This document shows, one piece after another, positions 33,421 through 43,740 of a stretch of 46,635 nt of DNA (position 1 is its first letter; every line of letters starts with the position of its first letter). Both the position numbers and the translations under genes were made by a program. Where the stretch lies: the sequence record SRR22947727_6040; one strand, 5' to 3'. A model generated the notes under the pieces. The model was given only the letters and a program-made list of their open reading frames with translations, was not told where the DNA came from and searched no databases.

Positions 33421-34113
33421 TCAAACCGGGGTGATGAGATCCAGACCGTCGTTCACTGGGGCGTTGACACGCGTGGATACCGGGTGAAAGTCACGCGAGC
33501 CCGACTCCACGCCGTTTCGAGACTGCGCGCAGATGGCTTCCAAGGTGCCCTGGGCATCCTCCAGGTGCGGATCCAGCCATCGTTCCCACCAGGACTTGGG
33601 CACCTCCACGGGCATTCGGTCGTGAATGTCTGCCACCGGCCCGACCGCCTCCTGGGTCAGAATCGTGCACGTGCGCATCTCCCCGTGGGGCCCTTGCCAG
33701 TCGTCGAACAGTCCCGCCATGGCCAGCGGTTCACCGCTGCGAGGATAGATGTAGAACGGCTGTTTCCGTGAGCCGGCGCCTTCGGGGGGCGGGCGCCATT
33801 CGTAATAGCCATCCGCCGGAACCACACACCTGCGGCGCCGGAATGCTGCCCGGTAGGAAGGCTTCGTTGCCACCGATTCCGACCGCGCGTTGATCATCCG
33901 ACTCGCACGTGAGGAATCCGAGGACCACGACGGAATCAATCCCCAGCGGGCAACGGTCAGGCGTCGCGTTCGGTCCTCATCGACAACGATGTACACCTCG
34001 GATGTGGGAGTGATATTGAACCGCGGGGCGAGCTGCGTTAACGGAAGTTCCTCGACTCGACACCAGTCGCCGAGTTCACTCGCTTCTCGACTTGCCGCAT
34101 ACCGGCCGCACAC
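33421..34113 (-). CDS. SOS response-associated peptidase (SRAP/HMCES family)
   Basis: N-terminal (M)CGRY, WGLIPSW, INARSE, ADGYYEW, IHDRMP. Confidence 0.93.
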   Translation of the reverse strand: MCGRYAASREASELGDWCRVEELPLTQLAPRFNITPTSEVYIVVDEDRTRRLTVARWGLIPSWSSDSSRASRMINARSESVATKPSYRAAFRRRRCVVPADGYYEWRPPPEGAGSRKQPFYIYPRSGEPLAMAGLFDDWQGPHGEMRTCTILTQEAVGPVADIHDRMPVEVPKSWWERWLDPHLEDAQGTLEAICAQSRNGVESGSRDFHPVSTRVNAPVNDGLDLITPV

Positions 34114-34158
34114 ACCATCTCCTCACAAGCTCTCATCACACGAGAGAGCTGGGTACGT

Positions 34159-35073
34159 TCAGAAAAGAGCGCTGGCCAGAGCCGTTCGTGCAGATGCCAC
34201 GGCTGGATCGTCACCCGCAACCGTGAACAGTTCGACGGTCCGGGTCCGGGCACGCTCGCGATCATCACCCACGGATTGCCGAACGGCGTCGATGAGGCGG
34301 GTGAAGCACGCCGACCAGTTGCCCTGCAAGGCCTCGACGTCCGCGGCCATGAGCTGGGCATCGATATCCTCGCCGCTTGAGGCTGACTGCAACGCGGCGA
34401 CCGGGTCGAGGCCCTCGGTCCGCTCGTATAGATCCACCGTCGCCAGTCCCGCCGCCGCATCGCTGTCGGCCGGTGATTCATCAAGAATCTTTCGGTACGC
34501 AGCCCGTGCAGCCGGCCAATCGCCAGCGTCTATCGCGTCGACGGCCGCATCGAATCGCGGGTCACCGGCATCGAGTTCGGCGTCGACGTCATCGGAGACC
34601 TCCTCGCCCTGCACTGCCCCGTCGATTCCCTGGCTGGCAGCGATCTCGAGAACCTTGTCGATGGCCTGACGCAACTGCGATTCCGGGAGAGCCCCTTGGA
34701 ACAGCGGTGCCACTTGTCCACCGATGACGGCGAAAACCGATGGGATCGATTGGACTTGGAAAGCAGCAGCGATCTGTTGTTCTGCATCGACGTCGACCTT
34801 GGCAAGAATCCACCGCCCGGCGTATTCGGCAGCGAGTTGCTCCAACAGCGGCGATAACTGCTTGCAGGGTTCGCACCACGTGGCCCACAGATCCAAGATG
34901 ACCGGCACCGTCATGGATCGATCCATAACTTCGGCCTGGAAGTTGACCGCGGTTGCAGTGATGATCAGGCCCGCGGGTGCTCCCTCTACGGCCGCATCGG
35001 TCTTGCGCTGCTGATCTTTTTGCGCCGCGATGGCGCCGAGGTCTACTGCCCCGGCGAAGTTAGGAGTGCTCAC
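34159..35073 (-). CDS. Thioredoxin-TPR chaperedoxin (YbbN/CnoX, Rv1324-like)
   Basis: GAVDL, WCEPC active site, VQSIP, C-terminal ARTALASALF; GTG 35073 after CACAAT -10. Confidence 0.88.
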   Translation of the reverse strand: MSTPNFAGAVDLGAIAAQKDQQRKTDAAVEGAPAGLIITATAVNFQAEVMDRSMTVPVILDLWATWCEPCKQLSPLLEQLAAEYAGRWILAKVDVDAEQQIAAAFQVQSIPSVFAVIGGQVAPLFQGALPESQLRQAIDKVLEIAASQGIDGAVQGEEVSDDVDAELDAGDPRFDAAVDAIDAGDWPAARAAYRKILDESPADSDAAAGLATVDLYERTEGLDPVAALQSASSGEDIDAQLMAADVEALQGNWSACFTRLIDAVRQSVGDDRERARTRTVELFTVAGDDPAVASARTALASALF

Positions 35074-35185
35074 GCGCCCATTGTGGCGCATGGGCCCACG
35101 GCACGGAGCCGATACCCGGTTCGGCTCAGGGCTAGCGCTCGGCTCCCTGGGACCCGGGCCTACAACCCGGGCGTACGACACGGAC

Positions 35186-36217
35186 TTAAGACCCTGCGCC
35201 TGACCCCATCTCGTGGACCAACGCCTCGGCTGCCCCGTGTACATCCACCTCACCGTGGGCAACCGCGCTGACCGAATCCTCGAAGGCTGACATCGAGGAA
35301 GCGGCTTCGATACGCGAGCGCACCATTCCCACAGCGGTCGCAATGACCTCCTCCCGGGCACGGGCCATGCGCCGGCGCTCGAGTTCACCGTGATCGACCG
35401 CCCACGCGCGATGATCAGCAATCGCAGCCACGATGTCGTCGATTCCGGTGTCGGTGCTGGCGATGGCCGTGAGCACCGGCGGCGTCCACGCCTCGACTAC
35501 GTCATCTGCTTCGCTCTTCGCGTTCTGCTGGCTTATCGCGGTCTGCTGGCTCGTCGCAAGCGAGATCATCTGCCGCAGATCCCGGGCCGTTGTCTGGGCT
35601 CCCTCGCGGTCGGCCTTGTTCACCACGAACAGATCCCCGATCTCCAAGATTCCGGCTTTTGCCGCCTGGATTCCATCTCCCATTCCTGGTGCCAGCATGA
35701 CGATGGTCGTGTCCGCTGCAGCGGCCACCTCCACTTCCGATTGGCCCACACCCACCGTCTCCACCACAACGACGTCGAATCCGGCGGCGTCGAGAACTCG
35801 CAGGACTTGTCCGGCCGCGGCCGCCAGTCCGCCGAGGTGACCGCGTGAGGCCATCGATCGAATGAAGACGTTCTCATCCGAGGAGTGCGACTGCATGCGG
35901 ATCCGATCACCGAGCAGCGCACCTCCGGAGAACGGCGACGACGGGTCCACAGCAACAACCGCAACCGACTGACCTCGGGCACGGAACGCCGTAATCAGCG
36001 CCGCGGTCATCGTGGACTTGCCCACCCCCGGTGATCCGGTGATGCCGACGACGTGGCTTCGCGGACGGTCAGCGTCACTCCTGGCGTGTTGCGCAAGCCG
36101 CCGGAGGAGCTCGAGACCGTCCGGCCCTGCGTTTTCGACAAAGGTGATCGCTCGCGCAAGGTCACGTACCTTGCGCTCGGCGATTCCGGCCATCAGCCGA
36201 TCGACCTCGTCGGTCAT
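35186..36217 (-). CDS. meaB: Methylmalonyl-CoA mutase-associated GTPase
   Basis: GSPGVGKST, VDPSSPFSGGALLGDRIRM, ETVGVGQSE, NKAD. Confidence 0.95.
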   Translation of the reverse strand: MTDEVDRLMAGIAERKVRDLARAITFVENAGPDGLELLRRLAQHARSDADRPRSHVVGITGSPGVGKSTMTAALITAFRARGQSVAVVAVDPSSPFSGGALLGDRIRMQSHSSDENVFIRSMASRGHLGGLAAAAGQVLRVLDAAGFDVVVVETVGVGQSEVEVAAAADTTIVMLAPGMGDGIQAAKAGILEIGDLFVVNKADREGAQTTARDLRQMISLATSQQTAISQQNAKSEADDVVEAWTPPVLTAIASTDTGIDDIVAAIADHRAWAVDHGELERRRMARAREEVIATAVGMVRSRIEAASSMSAFEDSVSAVAHGEVDVHGAAEALVHEMGSGAGS

Positions 36218-36301
36218 CCTGTTCGGTCTCCTTCGGGCTCGGCTGCAGTCTGTGTTTGCGGCATCCTTTCGCGATCTCGCCTGGGCGGGTACGCGAAACG
36301 C

Positions 36302-37501
36302 TTACGTCGCGGTGGGCACTTCGACAATCAGCGCATCCCCCTGGCCACCGCCGCCACACAGGGCTGCTGCCCCGATTCCTCCACCTCGACGACGCAACTC
36401 GTACATCAGGTGCAACACGAGGCGGGCTCCGGACATTCCGATGGGGTGGCCGAGCGCGATTGCGCCACCGTTCACATTGAGACGCGAGTCATCGATTCCC
36501 AGACGCTTGATCGAGGCAACGGCAACCGCGGCGAATGCTTCATTGATCTCCACGAGGTCGAGGTCGGAAACGGAGATCCCCTCTTTGGCGCACGCCGCCT
36601 CGATCGCCGCCGCCGGCTGTTCGTGAAGTGACGGGTCGGGCCCGGCGACAACTCCATGGCTGCCCAGGAACGCCATCGGGGTCCGTTCGAGTCGCTCGGC
36701 CGCTGCGCGTGAGGTGACGACGAGGGCCGCCGCGCCGTCTGAAATCTGCGACGCATTCCCTGCGGTGATCGTCCCCTCGGGGGCGAAGGCCGGGCGCAGA
36801 CGTCCCAGAGATTCCGCGGTCGTCTCGGCCCGAATACCTTCGTCGTCGGTGACGACGATGTCGTCGCCCTTGCGCTGGGGAATCCGCACCGGGGTGATTT
36901 CCTCGGCCAAGATCCCGACCGATTGCGCAGCTGCGGCTCGACGATGCGAGGCCTCGGCGACCGCGTCCTGCTCTTGTCGCGTCAACGCATAGCGGTCGTT
37001 GTATCGCTCCGTCGCTTCTCCCATGGCGCATTCGTCGAACGCGCATGTGAGTCCGTCCAACGCCAGCGCATCGATCATTGTCCAGTCGCCATACTTCTTT
37101 CCCTCGCGCGAACCAATCAGCAGGTGGGGAGCCTGCGACATCGACTCCATGCCTCCGGCGACAACGGCGTCGAACTCTCCAGCGCGGATCATCTGATCGG
37201 CGAGAGCGATCGCGTCGATCCCCGACAGGCACACCTTGTTGATCGTCAGGGCCGGGATCGCCATGCCCAGTCCCCCGGCGATCGCCGCCTGACGGGCCGC
37301 GTTCTGGCCCGAACCGGCCTGCAGGACCTGGCCGAGAACCACGTAGTCAATATCGGTCGGCTGAACTCCCGAGCGCTCGAGCGCACCGGCGATCGCGAAT
37401 CCTCCGAGGTCAGCCGCAGACAGCGACGACAAAGAGCCCTGCAGTCGGCCCATCGCAGTTCGTGCTCCACCAAGAACAACCGCTCCATCGCGCAGACTCA
37501 T
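36302..37501 (-). CDS. Acetyl-CoA C-acetyltransferase (thiolase, FadA4-like)
   Basis: [31 protein letters not shown]. Confidence 0.95.
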   Translation of the reverse strand: MSLRDGAVVLGGARTAMGRLQGSLSSLSAADLGGFAIAGALERSGVQPTDIDYVVLGQVLQAGSGQNAARQAAIAGGLGMAIPALTINKVCLSGIDAIALADQMIRAGEFDAVVAGGMESMSQAPHLLIGSREGKKYGDWTMIDALALDGLTCAFDECAMGEATERYNDRYALTRQEQDAVAEASHRRAAAAQSVGILAEEITPVRIPQRKGDDIVVTDDEGIRAETTAESLGRLRPAFAPEGTITAGNASQISDGAAALVVTSRAAAERLERTPMAFLGSHGVVAGPDPSLHEQPAAAIEAACAKEGISVSDLDLVEINEAFAAVAVASIKRLGIDDSRLNVNGGAIALGHPIGMSGARLVLHLMYELRRRGGGIGAAALCGGGGQGDALIVEVPTAT

Positions 37502-37586
37502 CTCAACCGCTCACCCTTCCCGATATTCGGTCCCGCCTGCAGGTGTCACCGGTCACTGGACCCCTGCTCGTGCAACGATAGTTCCC

Positions 37587-38009
37587 ATGCATCCTGTGGT
37601 TACCCGGATCGACCATGTCGGCATAGCGGTCGCCGATTTCGACGAAGCCGTTGCTTTCTACGCTCGTGCCTTCCACATGACCGTCGACCACGAAGAAGTC
37701 AATACTGAGCAGGGGGTGCGTGAGGCGATGCTGCGCGTGGGCGACTCGGATTCGTGGATCCAGATTCTCGCTCCGCTCAGTGCCGACTCCCCCATCGGCC
37801 GATTCCTCGACCGCAGTGGTCCAGGAATTCAACAAATGGCGTACACCGTGACCGACATCGACGCGGTCAGTGATCATCTTCGATCCGCAGGGGTTCGACT
37901 GCTGTACGACGAGCCGAAGACCGGTACCGCGGGGTCGCGGATCAACTTCACCCACCCGAAGGACTCTGGCGGCGTACTTATCGAGTTGGTGCAACACGCC
38001 GCGGAGTAA
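37587..38009 (+). CDS. mce: Methylmalonyl-CoA epimerase
   Basis: IDHVGIAV, EQGVREAM, GPGIQQMAY, HPKDSGGVLIELV. Confidence 0.94.
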   Translation: MHPVVTRIDHVGIAVADFDEAVAFYARAFHMTVDHEEVNTEQGVREAMLRVGDSDSWIQILAPLSADSPIGRFLDRSGPGIQQMAYTVTDIDAVSDHLRSAGVRLLYDEPKTGTAGSRINFTHPKDSGGVLIELVQHAAE

Positions 38010-38047
38010 TCCGCTTCGCCACGCCTGCGTATCAGACAATTCTTCAT

Positions 38048-38257
38048 GTGCTTCCCCGCATCCAGTTGCCGCTGGACGTCGCCATTGACCCCGGTATCGG
38101 CCAGCAACCCACTACCTGGGTGGTCGTCGGAGCGGTTGTTGCCCTGATAGGACTGTTCGTTGCGCGCCGGGCTCGCAAGCTCGCAATCTTGATGACCGTC
38201 GGCACCGCTGGCGCGGTGTGGGCCTGGTCGTCCGGTGCCCTTTCCCTCGCCGGGTAA
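38048..38257 (+). CDS. Small hypothetical two-TM membrane protein
   Basis: Two hydrophobic segments flanking RRARK; GACAAT hexamer 7 nt before GTG. Confidence 0.55.
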   Translation: MLPRIQLPLDVAIDPGIGQQPTTWVVVGAVVALIGLFVARRARKLAILMTVGTAGAVWAWSSGALSLAG

Positions 38258-38312
38258 CTCGGCTACCGCTGCGACGAGCCGGGCTCGGCTTTCGGTTCAC
38301 CCTCAGGCCCGG

Positions 38313-38341
38313 TACCTTTCCTTGGCACAGACAAGTCTGTG
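38313..38341 (+). promoter_or_regulatory. Putative ccr -10 (TACCTT) followed by operator palindrome CACAGAC-AA-GTCTGTG
   Basis: Perfect 7-bp inverted repeat at 38326-38341 just downstream of the hexamer. Confidence 0.55.
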
Positions 38342-38405
38342 ACGCATACGAGTCCATGACGCTGCATGGCAGGACTTGCGGCAAAGGACGGTAAGGGGAG
38401 CAAGC

Positions 38406-39755
38406 GTGGCTGGGGATTTCGAGTCGATCGTTCGTGCCATCGAACAGCAGGACCCCGCGATCGGTGACATGCCGATTCCGCACACATACCTCGCCGCCAC
38501 GCTTCACAAGTCCGACGAGCAGATGTTCGCTGGTCGAGCATCCCGCGACAAGGATCCCCGTGAGTCGCTGCACATCGAGCAGGTTCCTACGCCCGAGCTC
38601 GCAGCAGGCGAAGCCCTCATCGCGGTGATGGCTTCGGCCATTAACTACAACACGGTGTGGTCCTCGATATTCGAGCCCGTCTCGACATTCGGATTCCTCG
38701 ATCGTTATGCCCGGAGCAACCCCGACGCAGCCCGGCACAACCGGAACTACCACGTCTTGGGCTCTGATGCTTCCGGCGTTGTTCTTCAGACCGGTCCCGG
38801 AGTCCACACGTGGAAGCCGGGCGATCGCGTGGTCGCCCACTGCCTGTCGGTGGAACTCGAATCTCCCCTCGGTCACAACGACACAATGATGGATCCCGAG
38901 CAGCGCATCTGGGGGTTCGAGACCAACTTCGGTGGCTTGGCTCAACTCGCCATCGTCAAAGCCAATCAACTCCTTCCCAAACCGGAGCACTTGACGTGGG
39001 AGGAAGCGGCCTGCCCGGGACTGGTCAACTCCACGGCCTACCGTCAACTCGTGTCTCACAACGGTGGGGCAATGAAACAGGGAGACGTCGTTCTCATCTG
39101 GGGAGCCTCAGGAGGCTTGGGCTCCTACGCGACCCAGTACGCGTTAAACGGTGGCGCTATCCCCGTGTGCGTCGTTTCCAACGAGAGCAAGGCCGAGGTC
39201 GTGCGCTCCATGGGAGCCGACTTGATCATCGATCGCGCGGCCGAGGGGTACAAGTTCTGGAAGGACGAAACCACCCAGGACCCCAAGGAATGGCAACGGC
39301 TCGGTAAGAAAATCAGGCAGCTCACGGGCGGAGACGACATCGACATCGTCTTCGAGCATCCGGGGCGTGAGACTTTCGGCGCCAGTGTCTACGTCACCCG
39401 TAAAGGCGGCACCATCGTGACGTGCGCGTCGACATCCGGCTTCATGCACGAGTACGACAACCGCTATCTGTGGATGAACCTCAAGCGCATCGTGGGCAGC
39501 CACTTCGCCAACTACCGCGAAGCACACGAGGCGAACCGACTGATCGCCAAGGGAATGATCCATCCCACGCTGTCCAAGGTCCTGCCGCTGGCCGAGACCG
39601 GCCAGGCTTCGTGGGAGGTCCATCGCAACATGCACCAGGGGAAGGTCGGCATTTTGTGCCTGGCTCCCGTCGAAGGCCTCGGCGTCACCGACCCGGCACT
39701 TCGTGAGTCCGTCGGTCCTGCTCTCGATCGGTTCCGGTCGGCTACGGCTTCGTGA
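38406..39755 (+). CDS. ccr: Crotonyl-CoA carboxylase/reductase
   Basis: MASAINYNTVW, YHVLGSD, RIWGFETNFG, WGASGGLG, FEHPGRETF, NRYLWM, GSHFAN; AAGGGGAG SD before GTG 38406. Confidence 0.95.
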   Translation: MAGDFESIVRAIEQQDPAIGDMPIPHTYLAATLHKSDEQMFAGRASRDKDPRESLHIEQVPTPELAAGEALIAVMASAINYNTVWSSIFEPVSTFGFLDRYARSNPDAARHNRNYHVLGSDASGVVLQTGPGVHTWKPGDRVVAHCLSVELESPLGHNDTMMDPEQRIWGFETNFGGLAQLAIVKANQLLPKPEHLTWEEAACPGLVNSTAYRQLVSHNGGAMKQGDVVLIWGASGGLGSYATQYALNGGAIPVCVVSNESKAEVVRSMGADLIIDRAAEGYKFWKDETTQDPKEWQRLGKKIRQLTGGDDIDIVFEHPGRETFGASVYVTRKGGTIVTCASTSGFMHEYDNRYLWMNLKRIVGSHFANYREAHEANRLIAKGMIHPTLSKVLPLAETGQASWEVHRNMHQGKVGILCLAPVEGLGVTDPALRESVGPALDRFRSATAS

Positions 39756-39793
39756 TCCGACCCCCGTCGACCTACCTGACCTACCATGACTAA

Positions 39794-41764
39794 ATGACTG
39801 CGCCATCGACGTCGTCGCGCGTCGATGAGCACATGCCGTGGAAACTCGACCGTGGCCGCTCCCTCGGTGAGATGGGCTATCTCCCCGGACTCGACGGCCT
39901 TCGGGCTGTGGCCATCATCGGGGTGCTGCTCTATCACGCAGGCATCGACTGGATGCCTGGAGGCTTCCTCGGCGTCGACGTCTTCTTCGTCATCAGCGGC
40001 TTCTTGATCACCTCGCTGATACTTGAGGAGTACGACCGCTCAGGACGCGTCAATTTCACCAAGTTCTACCTCGGCCGCGCCCGCCGACTCCTCCCCGCCG
40101 TAGCCGTAATGCTGATCGCGGTTGGTCTCGCGGTTCTCATCGTCTACCAGGACGCACTGAGCGCCTTTCGCGAAGACGCACTCGCAACCGTCTTCTACGT
40201 GAACAACTGGTGGTACATCTTCGTCGATCAGTCCTACTTCGAGTCTGTCGGGCGACCGCCGCTGTTGAAGCACCTGTGGTCACTGTCCGTCGAAGAGCAG
40301 TTCTACTTGATCTGGCCGGCGTTCGCCCTCCTGCTGATGCGGTCGGGAGGACGCCCCCTCGTTCGTCGACTTGCCCTGGTGCTGGCGATCGCGTCGACGG
40401 TGTGGATGGCGGTCTTGTCGATCCGCAATGGCTACCCGGTCGATGCCGACCCCAGCCGCGCGTACTTCGGTACCGATTCGCACAGCATGGGGCTCTTGGT
40501 CGGTGCAGCGCTGGCCACCATGTGGAGACCCGGACGATTGAGCACCCACATTCCACGCCTAGCCCAACTCATCATCACCGGGATTGGCGTGGCATCCCTC
40601 GCCGCCGTTATCGGCTTCTATCTCTTCGTCGGCGAGTTCACGCCGTGGTTATATCGCGGGGGTTTCCTCGCCCTCGCCTTCTTCACCACAGCGTTGATCG
40701 CCGCGGTGACTCACCCGGCTTCTTTCTTGGGGCCAGCCCTCGGCACGGGAATTCTTCGCTACATCGGCAGACGCTCCTACGGCATCTACCTGTGGCACTG
40801 GCCGATATTCATGGTGACGCGCCCCGGTATCGACGTGGAGTGGAGCGAGCCCGTCACGTTCGTCGTGCGCATCGCCCTCACGCTCGTCATCGCCGAACTC
40901 AGTTACCGCTTGGTGGAGATGCCCATTCGGCGGGGCGCGCTTGGTCGAGCTTGGTCGGCCATCCGTTCGGGAGGCACGCTGGGCGTGCGAGCCATAGTCA
41001 CACTGATCGCTACCGGCATCGTCACCGTCGTCGGTGCCGCTGTTGCTATCGGTTTGATCATGAATCCTGGAAATGGCCGTGACGCCATTCCTCCCGATGT
41101 CGCCGAAGCCATGGGTATCGCCGATGGTGGCCCACTCGAATTGGCAATCGACGACGAATCATCGGATGCGCAGGACGCCGCCGATGCGGGTGCAAATGTG
41201 GGCATATCGACCGAGTCAGGTACCGCCCCAAGTATCACCAGTAGCCAAGACACCGACAGCGGCGAGCCGGTGCTGTCCGACGAGGAAATCCGCGCGGCAA
41301 ACGGACCGGTCAGCGTGATAGGAGACTCGGTGGTCCTGGGCGCGCGATCTGCCATCAAGGACGCCATCCCCGGCGCTCGCGTCGACGCGAAGGTGTCGCG
41401 GATGCCGGGAGGCTTCACCGGTCGAGTGAAGAAACTGGACCGCCGTGTCAAGCTAGCGAACGTGGTCGTTGTGCACCCGGCCACTAACGGCGTCATCAAC
41501 GCCAAAATTCTGCGCGGCATCCTCGATCCCCTGACCGACTACGAGCGCGTCGTCATCGTGAACGCCTCCGTGCCCCGATCATGGGAGAAGCAGAACAACA
41601 AGGTGATCGCGAAGGTCACTCCCGATTACCCCAACGTCGTTGTCGCCGACTGGAAGAGCGCGTCCGACGGCAGGAGCGAGTATTTCGTTTCCGACGGGGT
41701 GCACCTGACGGGTTCGGGAGCCGCAGCCTTCGCGGAGGTCATCCGCGAAGCTTCTGGCTTGTGA
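39794..41764 (+). CDS. OatA-like O-acyltransferase (AT3 membrane domain plus SGNH domain)
   Basis: LDGLRAVA, GGFLGVDVFFVISGFLIT, RRLLP, HLWSLSVEEQFY; C-terminal GDSV...DGVH. Confidence 0.9.
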   Translation: MTAPSTSSRVDEHMPWKLDRGRSLGEMGYLPGLDGLRAVAIIGVLLYHAGIDWMPGGFLGVDVFFVISGFLITSLILEEYDRSGRVNFTKFYLGRARRLLPAVAVMLIAVGLAVLIVYQDALSAFREDALATVFYVNNWWYIFVDQSYFESVGRPPLLKHLWSLSVEEQFYLIWPAFALLLMRSGGRPLVRRLALVLAIASTVWMAVLSIRNGYPVDADPSRAYFGTDSHSMGLLVGAALATMWRPGRLSTHIPRLAQLIITGIGVASLAAVIGFYLFVGEFTPWLYRGGFLALAFFTTALIAAVTHPASFLGPALGTGILRYIGRRSYGIYLWHWPIFMVTRPGIDVEWSEPVTFVVRIALTLVIAELSYRLVEMPIRRGALGRAWSAIRSGGTLGVRAIVTLIATGIVTVVGAAVAIGLIMNPGNGRDAIPPDVAEAMGIADGGPLELAIDDESSDAQDAADAGANVGISTESGTAPSITSSQDTDSGEPVLSDEEIRAANGPVSVIGDSVVLGARSAIKDAIPGARVDAKVSRMPGGFTGRVKKLDRRVKLANVVVVHPATNGVINAKILRGILDPLTDYERVVIVNASVPRSWEKQNNKVIAKVTPDYPNVVVADWKSASDGRSEYFVSDGVHLTGSGAAAFAEVIREASGL

Positions 41765-41806
41765 CCTGACCGCGACAGGTAACGCGCGATGACGCATGAT
41801 GGCCGA

Positions 41807-42940
41807 ATGCACATCGGACCCCACGCTCGCCTGATCGCCATCACCTCGGCGGTCCTCGTCATCGTCGGTGCCTTGTCGATCGGTGGCGTCCTGGCCTTCG
41901 GGCCGTTGTTCCCCGGAGCCAGCGCCCAGCCGACAGTGGACCTGGTGTCCAAGAAGACCGTCGCTCGGTCTCTGACCAGCCCGTGGGGCCTTGCGTTCCT
42001 GCCCGACGGGTCCGCTTTGGTGTCCGAGAGAGACACCGGCCTCGTCCGACGGATAGCCGGTCGATCGAACGGCTCCCCCGCACGATCGTTGACCACGACT
42101 TCGAAAGTGGGAACAGTCAGTGGGGTCCGCGCCGGCGGCGAAGGAGGGCTCCTCGGGATTGCCGTTCCGCCTACGGCGAGCGGAACCCAACCTGAGGTGA
42201 TCTTCGCGTACCTGACGACGGCACGGGACAACCGAGTGGTGCGCATCGACTGGGACGGCCGTAGCCTCGGGCCCCAGAAGCCGATCGTGACCGGGATTCC
42301 CAAGAACACGTATCACAACGGTGGCCGCATACTCGTGGACGATGACGATCTGTACATCGCGACCGGAGATGCCGGGATCCCGGAACTCGCGCAAGACCTC
42401 ACCTCACTGGCCGGCAAAGTTCTGCGGGTCGACTTCGACGGTGCACCCGCGGCCGGCAACCCCATCGAAGGGTCCCGGGTCTTCACACTCGGACATCGCA
42501 ACGTTCAAGGTCTCGCACTAGACGCCGCGGGACGACTGTGGGCCACGGAGTTCGGCACGAGCAAGGCCGACGAGCTCAACCTGCTCCGCCCGGGACGCAA
42601 CTACGGCTGGCCGGTGGTGGAAGGTCGCAGCTCGAAGCGAGGATTCACCAATCCGAAGGTCACGTGGTCGCCGACATCTACCGCGTCACCGAGTGGCTTA
42701 GCGATTCAGGACGGCGCCGCCTACGTGGCGAGCCTGCGGGGTGAGGTCCTGTGGCGAGTGCCTTTGAGGGGCACCCGGGCCGGGAATCCCGAGGCCGTCG
42801 ACCTCGGTGAGCAAAGCCGTCTGCGCACCGTCGCCGCGGCACCGGACGGCCGGCTCTGGCTGTCCACCAGTAACACTGATGGGCGGGGCGATCCCGGCTC
42901 CCGGGACGACCGCATGCTCAGCTTGATCGTCGACGACTAG
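41807..42940 (+). CDS. PQQ-dependent sugar dehydrogenase (GSDH family), exported
   Basis: SPWGLAFLPDG, GEGGLLG, HNGGR, GHRNVQG, DELN, NYGWP; N-terminal signal/TM. Confidence 0.9.
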   Translation: MHIGPHARLIAITSAVLVIVGALSIGGVLAFGPLFPGASAQPTVDLVSKKTVARSLTSPWGLAFLPDGSALVSERDTGLVRRIAGRSNGSPARSLTTTSKVGTVSGVRAGGEGGLLGIAVPPTASGTQPEVIFAYLTTARDNRVVRIDWDGRSLGPQKPIVTGIPKNTYHNGGRILVDDDDLYIATGDAGIPELAQDLTSLAGKVLRVDFDGAPAAGNPIEGSRVFTLGHRNVQGLALDAAGRLWATEFGTSKADELNLLRPGRNYGWPVVEGRSSKRGFTNPKVTWSPTSTASPSGLAIQDGAAYVASLRGEVLWRVPLRGTRAGNPEAVDLGEQSRLRTVAAAPDGRLWLSTSNTDGRGDPGSRDDRMLSLIVDD

Positions 42941-43740
42941 CCACTCATTCCCGAGCGCTGGATATGGGTCAGGAAGTCAGCGAGCGCACGACCCACGTGC
43001 GCGGGCTGTTCGATGGCAGATAAGTGACCGGACCCGGGTATTTCACTGGCCTGGGCGTCGGACAGCGCCTCGAGCATGGTGTTCTGCTCGCTCAGCGGAG
43101 ACATACCGTCCTGATCTCCCCAGAGCACCAGGGCAGGAACATGTACCTCCGTCAGCATGTCCACCGAGTCCGGGCGTGCGGCCATCGCACGCTGGTACCA
43201 GGAAACGGTTTCCGGGTACACCTGAAGCATCCATGACTCGACCCTGCGGACGACATTCGGCCGTGATGCGTGGGTCGTGGATCCCACCAGCACCGGGAGA
43301 ATCTTCTCGCGCAAGATCTCGGCGCACTTGCTCGGAGATTGATCGATGAGGGCGGCGAGTTCCTGTCGGGCCTGCTGCGCATCGGCGGAGTCGGCTGTGG
43401 CTTTGGTGTCGCACAACCCGACCCCGGCGAGCATCTCCGGCTGTTGCCGCCACCATTCCATGGTCAGGTACCCCCCGACAGAGAGTCCAGCCACCACAAG
43501 TCTGTCGACGCCACGGTCCAATGTCGCCGAGATCAGCGTCGCCACCACGCTCGCGAGATCCGGCTCGCCCTCCGCTGGGAGGGGGCTGGCTCCGAATCCC
43601 GGGAGATCGGGAACGAGAACGCGCCAGCCGGTGTCGACGATCGTGGGTATCTGCTCATCCCACATGTGATGGTCACACGGAAAGGCGTGTAGCAGCATCG
43701 CGACAGGACCCGATCCCTCATCGATCATTGCGATGCTCAC
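42937..43740 (-). CDS. Alpha/beta fold hydrolase
   Basis: LHAFP, DLPGFG, GLSVGG nucleophile elbow, GHLS. Confidence 0.9.
   Translation of the reverse strand: MSIAMIDEGSGPVAMLLHAFPCDHHMWDEQIPTIVDTGWRVLVPDLPGFGASPLPAEGEPDLASVVATLISATLDRGVDRLVVAGLSVGGYLTMEWWRQQPEMLAGVGLCDTKATADSADAQQARQELAALIDQSPSKCAEILREKILPVLVGSTTHASRPNVVRRVESWMLQVYPETVSWYQRAMAARPDSVDMLTEVHVPALVLWGDQDGMSPLSEQNTMLEALSDAQASEIPGSGHLSAIEQPAHVGRALADFLTHIQRSGMSG

Noticed and set aside
35074-35185. Three short hairpins between meaB and ybbN as a possible structured RNA
   Set aside because: 6-7 bp GC-rich stems are expected by chance; no recognisable ncRNA motif; at most a weak terminator
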